A stretch of DNA of 64,000 bases, taken from assembly GCA_965112155.1 (NCBI GenBank), contig OZ218107.1; one strand, written 5' to 3'. The translations under genes and the position numbers were made by a program. Under the pieces are notes generated by a model that was given only the letters and a program-made list of their open reading frames with translations, did not search any database and was not told where the DNA came from. How positions within the stretch are numbered: position 1 is the stretch's first letter; the number at the start of each line of letters is the position of its first letter. Positions 37,460 to 50,569 of this stretch are shown here, one piece after another. This DNA comes from Podarcis liolepis (taxonomy: Eukaryota).

Positions 37460-37930
37460 CTTTATTATTTTATTCACATTATATACATTCTTTACAACAA
37501 ACAACTCCAAAATAAACAGACAACTCCAAAATAAAATCATATGTAACAAAACCATAAGTCTCATGTTTTCATTTACACTCTCAGATACCTTTACTTGATA
37601 TTTCTTGCTGCTTTCTGCTTTCCTTATAGAATCTTTATGAAAATTTAAATCTCTTAAATCCTATACCAATCATTAACAGTTTCAATTAATCCCTTCACCT
37701 CCCTCCCCCACAGCCCAGTACTTCCCTCCACTATTCACTTTATTTGTTATTCCATCCTTAATATATTATTGCCCTATCTCCTTGCGCCTTTTAAACTTTT
37801 GCATATTAATTTTGAAGCTCCAGCACCAACTTTTTGCATGTATTCCTTAACGCATTCCCACTCTTTATTAATTTTTTTATTAGAGTAGCCTCTATTTGAT
37901 GCTGTTAATTTTGCCATCTCCGCCATCTCA
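37460..37930 (-). mobile_element. L1-type LINE 3' end (ORF2 C-terminus plus 3' UTR)
   Basis: Minus-strand EMAEMAKLT...EWE resembles non-mammalian L1 ORF2 ends; ends in AATAAA-rich tail. Confidence 0.6.
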
Positions 37931-39432
37931 CACTTCCATTTTCTCCCAAGCCGGATGAATGCCAACCAATACCCATGTGCCATTTGACATCAGTGACTTA
38001 AAAAATGTCATGGGGACTTTTGAAGTAACATATATTATCAAGAAAGTGTTCGGATTGTGAAATGCTAGGTTCCATCAAACGGGCGCGAAGTCCTCTTTTC
38101 TTTTGGTATCTTCTAAAGTGGTGCTGGGAGGTGCCAAGGCCTGTTCCGTGTGAGCAGCCTCGCTGCCATGTAAGCCTAATTCTGCACAGACTGTCACCTA
38201 AGACATGCGCAAGTGTCATCTTGCTCAAATGACTCAATTTTCGAGTCATATTATATTTTACAAGTAGGTCACATTCAGATTCCCCCTGCATGACACGGCA
38301 GGGCAACTTAATCCCTTCTGAGAACAGATTTAAGAAATGCATGTGCTAAAAGATTTGCTTGCTCCTGGAAACCAAGGGTGGCAGCTTAATACCCACAGCT
38401 GCGAGCACTCAACACTCCGAAGGCCGAAATTCTGCACAAAAGCACTTTGGATTTTACGCTCAAAAAGAATGAATAATTTGTTTCAGGCGTTCAAGAATTG
38501 GGAGCAGGCTTTTTTCCTAGCCGTTTGCATGGAAAAGGTTAACTGGGAGAATCCAGACCACTGGTTCGACTGGGGCACCATCCATTTCCATGGCTAAGCA
38601 CTCATTTTGTCCTCAGATAGCCACATAAAGACTTGATCCTATGCATGCTTACTCAGGAATTAGCCCCACCGGGTTCGGCCTGATCCTACACACACTGACC
38701 TGGGAGTCAGCTTCCCTTAAAGTCAGCAGGACTTGCTTCTGAGTTAATATGTAGAGCAGAGATGGGGAACCTGTGGCCCTTTGGATGTTATTAGACTACA
38801 ACTCCCATCAGCCCTGGCCCTTGAATTTGCTGGCTTAGGCTGATGGGAGTGGGAGTTCAACAACATTTAGAGGGCCACACGGTCCTCACCCCTGGCTGCC
38901 TATGGGTTTCTATCCAATAGGCAAAGTTTGGTGACCACCTCAGGTAGCTGACTCCGGGCATCATGAAAGGGTAGCACATTGTTATTCATTTGTTTTTATT
39001 ATTATGCTTTTACTGCCAGTGACTTTCTCTCTCAGCTACCAAAATAACGTGGCTGGTCTTGGGTACTAAGCACCCTCACAGGGAGGGGAGGCGTCGCTTG
39101 CTCTGCCTCGGGCAGCACAATGCCATTGTGGGCAGCATGGTAGGGCGCAGGTGTTCACCTGACCTCCTGGCAGGTGAGCTGCTGCTGCTACTTACCTGCC
39201 AGGAGGGGTGAAGCAGCAGTGAGGTCCACAACATTCAAACACACTGCTGCTGGTGTGTTTGCATTACGCTGCCCTCCCTACTACCTCATTCCTCCCCTCT
39301 TGTTAAGTTGCCATGATTCACCTGTTGTGAGGTTATATAAGTGTCTCTGCCTTACCATACCACCTGTGACTGGCAAAATGTATTGAGCTGGCATTAATCT
39401 ACATCCTCATGAAAAACCCTGATCTTGTGATC

Positions 39433-39466
<34 letters not shown>

Positions 39467-39501
39467 CACACACACACACACACGCGTGCACACATACACA
39501 T
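39433..39501. repeat. (TG)14(CG)2(CA)n palindromic alternating purine-pyrimidine tract
   Basis: Seen directly. Confidence 0.95.
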
Positions 39502-41590
39502 TTCTTTTCCAATTTTTAAGGAAGAAATTCAGGTTCTCTAATGCAAAATCTGATTCCCCTCCCCACCAAAAGGACAAGCCCCGACCAGGAATCATGGCGG
39601 TCCTACCTTAACAGGTCATATCTCTTTAAGAAGCTGCAGCTATGCTTACAAAGAGTGCAACCAGAGCTGTCTCTCACCTGTAAAGTCAGGCAAACTGATA
39701 TAGTTGCCTCGTGTGGGTAAAAACAAATCCTAAAAGGTTGGATGTGATGACTGGTTTTTCACCACCTGCTCCAGGAGTTGCATGCAGCACACTTCATCTG
39801 ACTTGCATATCACATTTCCTGCAATCAACATCTCTGAAGATAATATACCAGCTTCAGCCCATCAGTCTTACCCTTCCAGTGATGTTGGGCGTAAATATTT
39901 CACAGTATCAGGACCTTAAAGCAGGGTTGCTATTTCCCCCCCTCCTGTCAGAGGGGAAAAGCCACATGCCAAAAACTCAACAGGCACAGCTTTCTACCTG
40001 GTGGCATTTTTACACTGGGGACAGCTGACCCTTTTGAATTATTGTTTGTCATGTAGCTCTTAAATGCACAGCATCTCAAGCTAGGAAAGAAGGTGGCAAC
40101 TTAGAAATGTTCTTCAAAGAGATCAGTTTCTAAATTGAGAGCTGTCAGGGCTTAAGCATCTATAGATGTCACAGCCTGTGGGCCAGAAGGCCTTTTCCCA
40201 ACTTGGTTCCCCTTCAGATATTTTGGCCCAAAATTCCCATCATCCCTGAACATTGGCCCATGCTGGCCAGGGCTGATGGAAGTTGAAGTCCAAAACACCT
40301 GGAAGGCACCAGGTTGAGGCTGGCTGTTACCTGTTTCATGTGTTACGTGGAATTTATTCCTTTGACCCTCTATATTAATTGTTTATTGCGGTGATGTTTT
40401 GAAACTCTGGATCCTTGCTTGGGACTACCTGTTTCGTTCGAAAAGTTCAGGGAGGGGAACCTATGGCTCATCGGACGTTGCTGTACAACTACCCTTCTGT
40501 CACCTGTCACAACTATATACGATATATACAATGAACAATGAAATTGAAAAACTACATAAAACTACATAAAACATTCAAAAACTCTGAAACCTCATTTTAA
40601 ATAATTTGTCCTAACAAACCCTGACTCCCCCCCAGGGAGCTCTCAGCCACAGCGTCTGCACGCGCCGCCATCTTGGACCTTCACCTAATCTTGGGATTAG
40701 GCCGCCATCTTGGACCTTCAACTAATCATGGGAGTGGCCCTTTATGAAAGTGCAGGATTTGTTTTTTAATTTTTTGGGCCTCCTGCAGAATGTAAAAATC
40801 CCAGGCTGTGCTCACACTTCAATATTTAGCTACTGTTTAAGTGGTACAATGATTCTACGGACAGCCTCCACTACTGCCTTAGCGTTCGGCTTAGCCCCAT
40901 GTTTTGAGCCCGTCTACTGGGATTGCCAGTTGTACTAAGGCCAACTGAGAAGTCTGGAATATGTTCTGAGTTTTGAAACTGTACACGCTCACAGCCAGAC
41001 CATTTCACACGGTGCTTCGGTCCAAATATTTTACATATTTACGTTTGCAAAATTCACTTACTTTCTTTTAGCTTTGGGAGGAACCAAACCCTCCTCCTTT
41101 CTCGTTCGCCCTTTTGAATTGCTCCCATTTATTTTATTTTTAAATGAGGTGGGTAGGTCTGTCTTTCCACCCTGCCGTCGCCGCCCCCCTTCCCCTCGAG
41201 TGTACCACTTGGAAAAGGATGGCGTGCTTTTCATGGAGGTGGACTTCATTCATGTCAAAGAGGCAGCTGCTTAACAAAGACTCTTCATGGGAACAGGAGG
41301 CACCACTTAGTTAATGAAAAGGAAATCAGGCAAGCTTCAAGTTCTTTTCCATACTGCCTTTCCCAGATAAGCTGGGCTGGCAGCAGGCAAAAGGAAAAGG
41401 ACTGAACTAACACTCGCCGGAATGCTATCCAGGCAAGGCAATGCTTTGGCAGGATTTTGGAGTCTGCTGATGCCTGAGAACGCTGGAATGCTCTGGCATA
41501 GACAACGACATTCGCTCTGACGCACTGATTCAAATTGAATTAGTCTGGGATACAAGGGGGCTCATATAATGGGATGGTCAGAGCCCCCAA

Positions 41591-41750
41591 GGCTGCAGAC
41601 GCACGACTACGTTTAAAGCACACGGCTTTCCCCAAAGAATCCTGGGAGCTAAAGTTTGCTATGGGTGCTGGGAACTGTAGCTCTGTGAAAGGTAAACTAT
41701 AATCCCTGTGATTCTTTGGGGTGCTTTAAATGTAAGGTGCGTATGCAGCC
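41591..41750. mobile_element. PIF/Harbinger-like MITE
   Basis: TIR ggctgcagacgcac / gtgcgtatgcagcc; flanks caa/taa. Confidence 0.7.
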
Positions 41751-42584
41751 TAAGTGTCTGGCAGCTGTGGTCGAATGCCCCGCACCCTGCCTTATAAAGA
41801 GTCAGACCTTTGCTGCACCTGACCTAAAATGACCTCTGCTATATTCCTAGTGCACCATGTTCAGTGATGTCATTATGAATATTTAGACTTTATTTCCCTA
41901 ACACAATGAAGAGAAGATGTAGAACAGATCGTTCATCCTCAATGTCTTTTTTTTTTGTCTTTGGGACAAGTGGATTTAAAAAAATGGAGAGATAGCAAAT
42001 TCTGTGAAACTGCATGGTGTTCTCAGGCGCCATTAGACTGAGTTCATAGACCACTTAAAGAATATACAAATTTGTCATTGACTCCAGCGCAAATTCATAG
42101 GAATCTAAATGAAACAATGTCAAGAAATATCAATATATAATTAACATTTTTAAATCGGCAATCACAATGAGTAGGAATCATTAAATGTGAAAAAAAGGAA
42201 TACCGTTGAGGAATCATCCTATTAAATGCACATGTTCCTCACTGTATTTTCCTATGCCTTTTATTTTATGTCTCACACTCATAAGTTTTTAATTAAAGTA
42301 TTCACACTATACCTCGTAAACTTCTTCCCCACCCCTAGCCCTTTTTGACCCTTTTCTAACCCCTGGGTTTTTATTCACCCTGATCCCAGGGGGTCAATAG
42401 TGACAGCTTTGGGGGATCTGCTTTGGGGAGTTTCTAGGGAATTAAAAGCTGGTGGGTAAAAAAACTGAAGCATCATGAACCCTTTAATAGTCAAAATCCA
42501 AATTAGCATCCACACACAAGTGGCACTCTCCTAATTAATAAACTGAAAAAAATAGTTGCTCTCTGCATCCAGTTCTTTGCATTA

Positions 42585-42789
42585 CGACTGACAGCTTACA
42601 GTAAGAGCTGTTCAACAGTGGAACGGACTTCCTAGGAATATGGTGGACTCTCCTTCCTCGGAGGTTTATAAGCAGAGGTTGGGTGGCCATCTATCATGTA
42701 CGATCTAGTTGAGATTCCTGCATTGCAGGAGGTCGGACCAGATGACTCTCAGGGTCCCTTAAACAACTCTACAATTCTACGGTTCTATT
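42585..42789 (+). mobile_element. CR1 LINE 3' fragment abutting the exon 9 donor
   Basis: Same CR1 end as the 4127-4517 copy, with tail attctacggttctatt. Confidence 0.85.
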
Positions 42790-42798
42790 CAAATTTAC

Positions 42799-42920
42799 CT
42801 GTGCTAAAAGTCCTGGCTGGATCTGAAGGGGCTGAGCCCCAGGAGCCTGAGTGACGATTGGAACAGCGTTCTCCATCCGGACTGAATACCCAGCATGCTT
42901 TGAAGGGGACGTCTGTAACC
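42799..42920 (-). CDS. HIPK2: HIPK2 exon 9, 122 nt: [40 protein letters not shown]
   Basis: Manual translation; acceptor cttttcacag, donor GTAAAT. Confidence 0.96.
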
Positions 42921-43789
42921 CTGTGAAAAGAAAAGATAAAAAGTGTTAGCCATCATCAGTTGCTTTTCTAGGAACAAGCACCTTAGATTATCCTGGGCAA
43001 CTCTCCTCTCTGGCCAGAAGGACTTTCTGGTTGTCAATCATGCCATTTTATCACATCGAAACCTGCCATTTGAACATGTCTCTTCTCACATTCCATGCGC
43101 TGGCCGAAGAGGATTATTTCTGGTTTTCTTAGGCGAATAAATTGTTATCACTCAGAACCATAGGCCAGAACGATTCAATACAAATAGAAATAAAAAGCAC
43201 ATACAGAAGCACAGGTCAACGTAACGTGTTTCACTAAACACGCATACAATAAAATAATTGAACTGTAAGGCTTCCCCACCTGAACACAGGGCCCACAGAC
43301 CCTCCACATAGATTAATATATGGGTGTCACAAATACAAGGGAGAAAAAGAATACCTCACTCACCCCACTAGGACTTTTTTTGAAGGCTGGCTCTGCTATT
43401 TCCAGCAGTACCTCAGGCAAATAATCATTAGAAAGGAAATTACTAGCTTTAGATTCCATAAAGCCCGAAACTGTAATTCTAGCATCATCACCACCACAGC
43501 TCAGATCTATCAATTTATTTCAGGAGAAATTTGATTTTCCACTAGCTAGCTTTTTCTTAGGCAGGAAGGAGTTTCTCCTTTGTATTTTTCCACCTTATTG
43601 CTCTCCACAGAGTTCTCCGCAATGTCTACACACGGTTATAATAATATGCCAACCTAGACTGGGCATTCAATTCCAGTTGTGGCCTAGCCAATGATAAGCA
43701 AATCTGGACCCACTAGGCCAGTTTCTAGCATCTCTGAAAATCAGGCTCTACAATCCTGTGAATGTAGACTATACCTCAATCCAATAAAG

Positions 43790-44240
43790 GAGGCTCTTCA
43801 ACCCAGATCCTTTTTGGCTTCCCTCACCATTTGAGGCGGGACAGACGGTTCCTGCTTGGTGGTGGCACCCTTACTGTGGAATGCTCTCCCCAGGGAAACT
43901 TGCCTTGCGCCTGCCTTGACATCTTTTGGGAGCCAAGGAAACACCTTCTTCTTTTCCTGGACTGCTTAAAATCCACTGTGAATTAATTTTATGCTGCTTT
44001 TACATCTGCAGACTCCTTTTATGCTACTTCTGCTGATTGTTTTAATGTTGCTGTTTTAATCTGCCTTGTTGTAATTTAATATATGCAATAACACATTTCA
44101 TACACCATACGCTCATAAAAAAAGGAGTCATACCCAACCTTACAAAGGCTTAGTGATTTTAACTTTTTGTAAGACACCTCACCCTGGGAAGCTGTTGGAG
44201 AGTGAGGTATAAATCCCTGTGATAAATTAAATTAAATAAA
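43790..44240 (+). mobile_element. L2 LINE 3' fragment
   Basis: Similar to the end of the 28300 copy (ggtggcaccc...tggaatgctctccccaggga). Confidence 0.65.
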
Positions 44241-45582
44241 CAGAAATGAGGACCTGCCAACTCAGAGCAAATATGCTGTATTCGGAAGGCTGAAAAGAGC
44301 ATAGCGATAAGGATATAAGTGAGTCAAATGATATTAAAACACTTTGTGAGTGTTCAAACTTTCTTGGTTGATCTTGCACTGTGATATAGGAATCACCGGC
44401 GGTCGCTTTGCCCTTTCAAGTCAACCCTGAAACTGCAATGACAGCAACAGAGGAAAGCCAGATGGTTGTGACGGTAACAGAGGAAAAGCCAAGTGATTCA
44501 CTGAGCTTTCCATCACACACTGAAGAGGCCAGCTAGCTTCAGTGTAAATGTTAACACACAACCAGGCAGAGCTACATGTTTTTTGGGTGCGGTGGAGAAG
44601 TGTGGTACCTAGTTGAACACGAGGGGCTGGGAACCTGTGGGCCAAGACTGACCCACAAAGGGGTCCAATTTGGCCTGCAAGGTCAGTTTACCCAAACCAC
44701 AACCACCCGCAGACACCACCGTGTGCAGTTACTAAAAAGAGTGCTGCTGGAATCAGCAAGTCCACCTTTTTGTCTCCTCCCCAAAATCACCAAACACCCT
44801 TCTCCCTGCCCCAGTCTGGGACATATAACCCACACAGGGTTTTGCCTCTTTGGAATGGACCACTGGGAAGTGGGCATGGTGGCTTGACTTCAACAGAAAC
44901 AAATTTAAACAATTAAAACTTTAAAAAAATCCAAAAACTGACAGGAAGAGAGTTTTAACGCCAAACAGCAACACCGGGACATTCAAGACACAGGGCCTGG
45001 ATACGAAAAACAACAACAGCAAAACAAGGCAGAAGGAACAACAAAAAAGGAGGCGTGTTTCCATTCCCTTCTGAAAAAGAGAAGAAATTCTGTGCCTGTG
45101 GTTTTTTTTATCTGTTTATGTTTTGTCTTGCTTTGAATGGTTGCTACTGTCCTTGAGCCGTTGGGATGGGGTGGAGTAGGAATTAAGCGGAGTCAATACA
45201 TCTATTTTTGTGCCACTTCCCAATAGCTTCCCAATACAGGCTGGCTGAATGCCACAGCTGAAAAAGAGACATCTCCGTCTCCGGAGGAAGCGCCGCCTGT
45301 TGCTACACACAAGGGGAGAAATTAAGACTCCAGCAGCCTGTCATCCTTTCTGCCGTCCTGCCTTTTGAGCTGAAGAAATAATTGAGGATAAAAATTTGCC
45401 CAAAATAGTCAAAATGCCCTTTGTAGCTTTTGTAAATAAGACTCAGGGGACTTTTCAGGATTTCACCCTCGAGCTCTTTTATGTTATTTTAACCCCGCAT
45501 AAAAAGGATAAAACGTCTGCTGCACAGCAGTGCGCCGAGACATCAATATCTGCAAAGAACTTTAATATCTTTGGATAAAAAT

Positions 45583-45587
<5 letters not shown>

Positions 45588-45624
<37 letters not shown>
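45588..45624. repeat. (GA)n microsatellite
   Basis: Seen directly. Confidence 0.95.
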
Positions 45625-45627
<3 letters not shown>

Positions 45628-46813
45628 AGCCAGGTGGCAGCAGCACAGGCTGCCAGACGGCAGCAGAACCCAGATGTGTGCGAAGGCAGGGACAGCTCCT
45701 GGGTAGAAGAAATGGGTCTTTTCTTCAGTTTCCCTGTCCCAAATCCCACCAAGTAAACCCCCTCCCCAAAAACTGACCATGGCTGTAGTGCATTGCAACC
45801 CAGCCCATGCACATCAACCTGCACCCTTGTTCTGCCACAGGTTAGGATCACATCACACAGCTGTGCATTTGGTGCAGCTATACTGATGGGTCAGGGGAAT
45901 TTTCCGTCTTAGGCAAAGCTTTGACTTACTGAGTCATGCTTTTCTAACCTGATGGCTTAGTCCTGGAACTTGCAGGGTTTCAACCCTGCCCAGATCTCAT
46001 TCCTCAGGTGAGGAGACCTCCAGAAGATCTCCACCCTGCCCATGATCCGGAGGAGCCATCGAATCTGGACATCCCTTTTCCCAGGACTAGAGGTCCCCAC
46101 ACCAACTACCTAGGTCCCTGGACAGTTCTCATCTGCGTATCCACCCACCCTTTCTCCCAGGAACACAGGAGCAGAAGGTTCAGTGAGACAGGCACAGGCT
46201 TCAGAAGTGGCCAGTTAGCTGCCCGTGAGGCTACTCAGCAGAGGAGGAAGCACATGAAAATACCTACTGGAATCAGGGCCTGACTGAAAGCCAGGAATGG
46301 TAGAGCCTCCAGTCTAACCTCCCATCCAAGCTCCATCCTTCCTGACCTGAGGAAACAGGCAGTTATTTTGCTCCTTTGTGGGTCTGCCCAAAACACATGT
46401 GGTTTCCCCTAATAGGGACACAGAGTAGCTTAGCAGCACTATAAGCTTTTCTGAACCAATGCCCAGGCTGAATCTATGAAATTATCTGCAGGAGGATTAT
46501 TTCTCAGTCGCGTTACTAGCCAGGAAAACAGAGTTAGTTAACATTCCAAGAGAGACTCATTTCAGACACCATGCCCGTAAGGGCACCGAGCAGACCAGGT
46601 TGGCAATCAACCAAGCATTACTTTAACCCAAGCCTCATAGCACTCCAGCTACTAAACTACTGCAACATGCCCTGCATGACTTTCACCGACGACATTTCAG
46701 AAGGGCCAAGGAAGTCTTGCTTTCTCATGCAGCTGTGTCACCAGGAGCATATTTATGCTACCTTCAGGAGATACATTTTGTCTCCTGCAGACTTCTTGAG
46801 TATTATTAAAATA

Positions 46814-47051
46814 CAGTGGTACCTTGGTTCCTGAACGGCATAGTTGTCAAACAAATGGGCTCCTGAATGCCGCAAACTTGGAAGTGTTCTGGTTTGAAAA
46901 CGTTTTTGGGAAGCCGGTCGTCCGCCGTGGCTTCCGCTTGAGTGCAGGAAGGTCCTGCAGCCAATCGGAAGCCGAGCCTTGGTTTTCGAACGGTTTCGGG
47001 AGTCGAACAGACTCCCGGAATGGATTAAGTTTGAGAACCAAGGTACTACTC
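46814..47051. mobile_element. Tc1/pogo-type MITE, family A-related, opposite orientation
   Basis: TA|cagtggtaccttggttc ... gaaccaaggtactactc|TA. Confidence 0.85.
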
Positions 47052-47567
47052 TACTCAAATACTCTGCCGCGTAGCTCCAGTTCAGACTATACCAGGTCTA
47101 ATCTGTCTAGCCCAAGATCAACTACCCTGTTTGCCTGTGGCTCCTCAAGGTCTCAGGAAGAGGCCTTTCCATCTTTTTACTGAGGCTCCTAAGGACTCAG
47201 CCTGAGTGGCCCTGAATGCAACACAGGTCCTCTTCTTCTGACTGGTGGCCTCTCCCTGGTTGATGCTGCCTCCACAGTCAGAGGCAGGGATGCTTCTGAA
47301 CGCCACAGAAGAGTGCTCTTGTCCTAGGGTCCTGCTTGTGGATTTCCCACAGGAATATGGCTGGCTGGACTAGATGGGTCCTTGGCCTTGGCTAGCAGGT
47401 TCTTCTTAAGTTCTACCTGGGTTTCGTTTCTCGTTTCTGCCTGCCAAGCATATCACCTTTGTCAAGGCGAGGAGCATCCCAGAGAAATGCACTGGCCCAA
47501 TAAGCAGAAACGCTTCGAATGAGACAAGGGAATGGCAGGTTTGTAGCAGATAAGCAGCGTCTCTTAC

Positions 47568-47790
47568 CTTGGAAGCCTGGAGGACACACGATGAGGGCTT
47601 GCTGGAAGGGGTCGGGGCGAGCACATATCTGCGCCGTCCCCGTCTGCAGGGGGACGCTTCTCTGGGCCACCGCGGCCATGGAGGCTGCCGAGGGCTGGTA
47701 GAGTGCAGATTGGTAGTTTAGTATGGAGACTTCAGGGTTGGCTAAGGAAATAGTGGCACTGGTGGTGGAGGTGGGAGCCAGGGTGGTGGC
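47568..47790 (-). CDS. HIPK2: HIPK2 exon 8 (long form, 223 nt; internal alternative acceptor at 47694 gives 127 nt): [32 protein letters not shown]|[42 protein letters not shown](G)
   Basis: Manual translation; acceptor actcctttag at 47791, internal TACCAG| acceptor, donor GTAAGA. Confidence 0.92.
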
Positions 47791-47861
47791 CTAAAGGAGT
47801 GGTGGGATTTAAAATGAAATAAAAACATAATATGAAGGAGATGGCAATGTTGGAAAAAAGC

Positions 47862-47901
<40 letters not shown>
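47862..47901. repeat. (TAA)n microsatellite just upstream of the exon 8 acceptor
   Basis: Seen directly. Confidence 0.95.
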
Positions 47902-47902
<1 letters not shown>

Positions 47903-49327
47903 GAAGGTAATATAAATAAGGCAAGACAACAAGTTGCAAAAAGGAAAGGCAAGCGACATAAAGAAGGGCAGCAGAAAAAGGGGAGGAGGGTACAAGTAAA
48001 AAGGTGGAAGCGAAGGATGTGTAAGGATGTGTAAGGATGAAGACTTTTCTTTAGCCATTGCATGCACCACTGTTCTGCTCGTGATAGAGAAATGACCAGA
48101 ATACAACAACAATGGCAACAACTGGGGAGCACTGAGCCCGCAGCCCCCCAAAAGCAGCTGGTATCATCAAGGTAAGGAACGTGTCACAGCCAACATCCCC
48201 TGCAGAGTATGTGTTTGTTTTGTCGGGGAAAGGAAGCATCTACCAGTCCAATTCAATACAGGTGTACTCTGAAGAAAGTACCACTACGTTCATTAAGACT
48301 TCATCTCGCGTAATCGGGCAAAAGAATGCAGCCTGCATTTCTTGTGAGAAAGAATGAAGGAGGGTAAGTGCACTGTTGTCATTCATGCAGGTACAGAATG
48401 GTGCATATATGTTTCTGCCTACGAAAAGGAAGACTGGAAAATTGCTAAATATTTTTATGTGTTTAATTCCTTAATCCTATAATGTGTGAGAATGACTTGA
48501 TCCGCAGTTGGTGGCTTGGCTGACTTTGATGAGTTACCTGCTCGGCACACCGGCTGTTTTCCACTTTCTGAATGAGGCTTGTGGATTACATGACCCTGTA
48601 AGGGCCTTATATTAGGCGTGGGTGACAGCAGGGTATTTGCAGGCATATGCAGTTACTAGATACTGGGAGAATTTTTGGTGTTTCTGCCCTCTGACACGTA
48701 TGGCGCTGCCTGCATACCAGATTTTAAAAAAAGATTTTAAAAATTATTTTTTCAAGAAACACGTATTCTGTTCAAGAATTTGGATTCTTTAAAACCAAGA
48801 ACATCTGCTGAGGCTGAGTGGGAAGAAATATATATATGCAAACCTATCCGGTCCCTCGAAAGGATATTTCCTTCTCCTCTACCTGTAGAGGTGGAATGAC
48901 AAAGAAGGAAGTCTATCAGACTCTACTCATGAAATCATGGACTGTTGAGGGCAGCTATGGAAGCTATGAAAGACTGAAATGATGGCCTTATAGTGAGTCA
49001 ATTGATTGGTCTGTTACTCTGACTGAGAGAAGCTCTCTTGGGCAGAAAGGGCTTTCTTTTAGGTAGAGCAGCCAGGAATTTATTGTGGGTCCCTTCGCTG
49101 ACCTATAGCCCTTCCTGTAAACTGCAAGTGCCTTTATCCTGCACCAAATGCCAAAATCTTGTGATCACACAGAGTGGGGAATATACAGATCCCTTTCCAC
49201 TAATAAGAGTTAATCAAGAATCTGGTGAAGTCTTTGTGTGTGGAAAAGTTTCAAAGAGAGTTGGCCAAGCCTGCATACACACACGCAAACACACACACAG
49301 AGACTGCATTGTGATTCATAACCTCAC

Positions 49328-49490
49328 CTGGTTATGAACTGTATTGAGCTGGTTGTTGAAGGTCATGGTAAGGTTGGTTGATGTGCTTGGGGCCACGTGG
49401 GTGATGAATGGGGTCTTGCTCTGATTCACTGTGTCGTACATGTTCACCCGCCGCTTGCAAATCTCCATGTTCTGGAAACAGGACTTGACA
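49328..49490 (-). CDS. HIPK2: HIPK2 exon 7, 163 nt: [54 protein letters not shown]
   Basis: Within ORF 49316-49684; acceptor aaacag, donor GTGAGG; phase matches neighbouring exons. Confidence 0.96.
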
Positions 49491-50569
49491 CTGTTTATGA
49501 GAAAGAGGGCATGAAGAAGCAGGAAAGCCAAAGGGATACTGCCCATTTCACCAATGATGTACATACACCACAAACTTAAATTGTTTGGTAGACATGACTT
49601 CTTTCTAGGAAATAAAAGAATTGCCGTTCTGGCACAGGAGTGGCAAGAGACAGCTAGTATTCCCAGCCCTATCAAACTCGCCACGCTACAGTTCCCGGGA
49701 TTGTTTGAGGGCAGCTATGGAAGCCACTGTTACAAAACAGAAACAAGGATGTAACGTTGGTGTGTTCCAAGGCTCAAAAGCATCACAATGATCTGTACTA
49801 TCTATGAAGCAAACATCGCGATCAGTTGCAAATCATAGCCTATTTTCTGTGCAGTTTACATTGTTGCTTGTTGTCCTCAATCCTTAAAACCACTCCAGCT
49901 CTGAAACCAAACCTCAGCAAGTTTAAATATTCTAGGAATGCCAGGAACAGGAAGCCCCTGCTCTACAGAGAGCAGTTCCAAAGCTGAGTCCCTGCTACTA
50001 ACATGATCCCTGTAGCAAGCAGACCCAATGGACACTCCTTACCATTTTCTGCCCCTTCATTTGTAAGGATCAAATAAAATAAAAAGGAATGCAACTTTAC
50101 AACAGTTTGGATGTCATGTATGAGCACATTCCCTTGGTCGTGCAAAGAAGCTCTACTGCAAGAAATGTATTCTCTGCGGTCAATAAGTCCAGCTTCCCAC
50201 TTTGTGGCAAGATTCCAGAGAGATCAATAGCTCCTGACAAACGCTCGTTCAGACACCTCTTAGTGTGTAACTACAGGTTACTTGAAAACACCCAGCTGCC
50301 GCTGAAAGTAAGAGTCCCGTGTCCGGCCGCCCTCCTGACCTCTGTCATGTTTAATACAGCTTATCTTGTCTTGTGGTATAAAAATGGAACTCATAGCCAA
50401 ATGATGTGGGGCAAGGGCAAGCAAATGCAAAACGTCATGATATCATAGCAGCAGGCAAGTTGCGCTTCACATTACGGAAGTGTGTCAATGAGGCTTGTGG
50501 CTGCCATTTTCAGAAGTGGTTTCCACCCTCAGGAAAGAAAGTGTTTCCATGACTTCCCCCAGCAACTTT

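Noticed and set aside
36586-42798. HIPK1-like extra exon between exons 9 and 10 (including a short open stretch near 38078-38200)
   Set aside because: No recognisable homologous translation found; the candidate ends in a stop and has a weak acceptor
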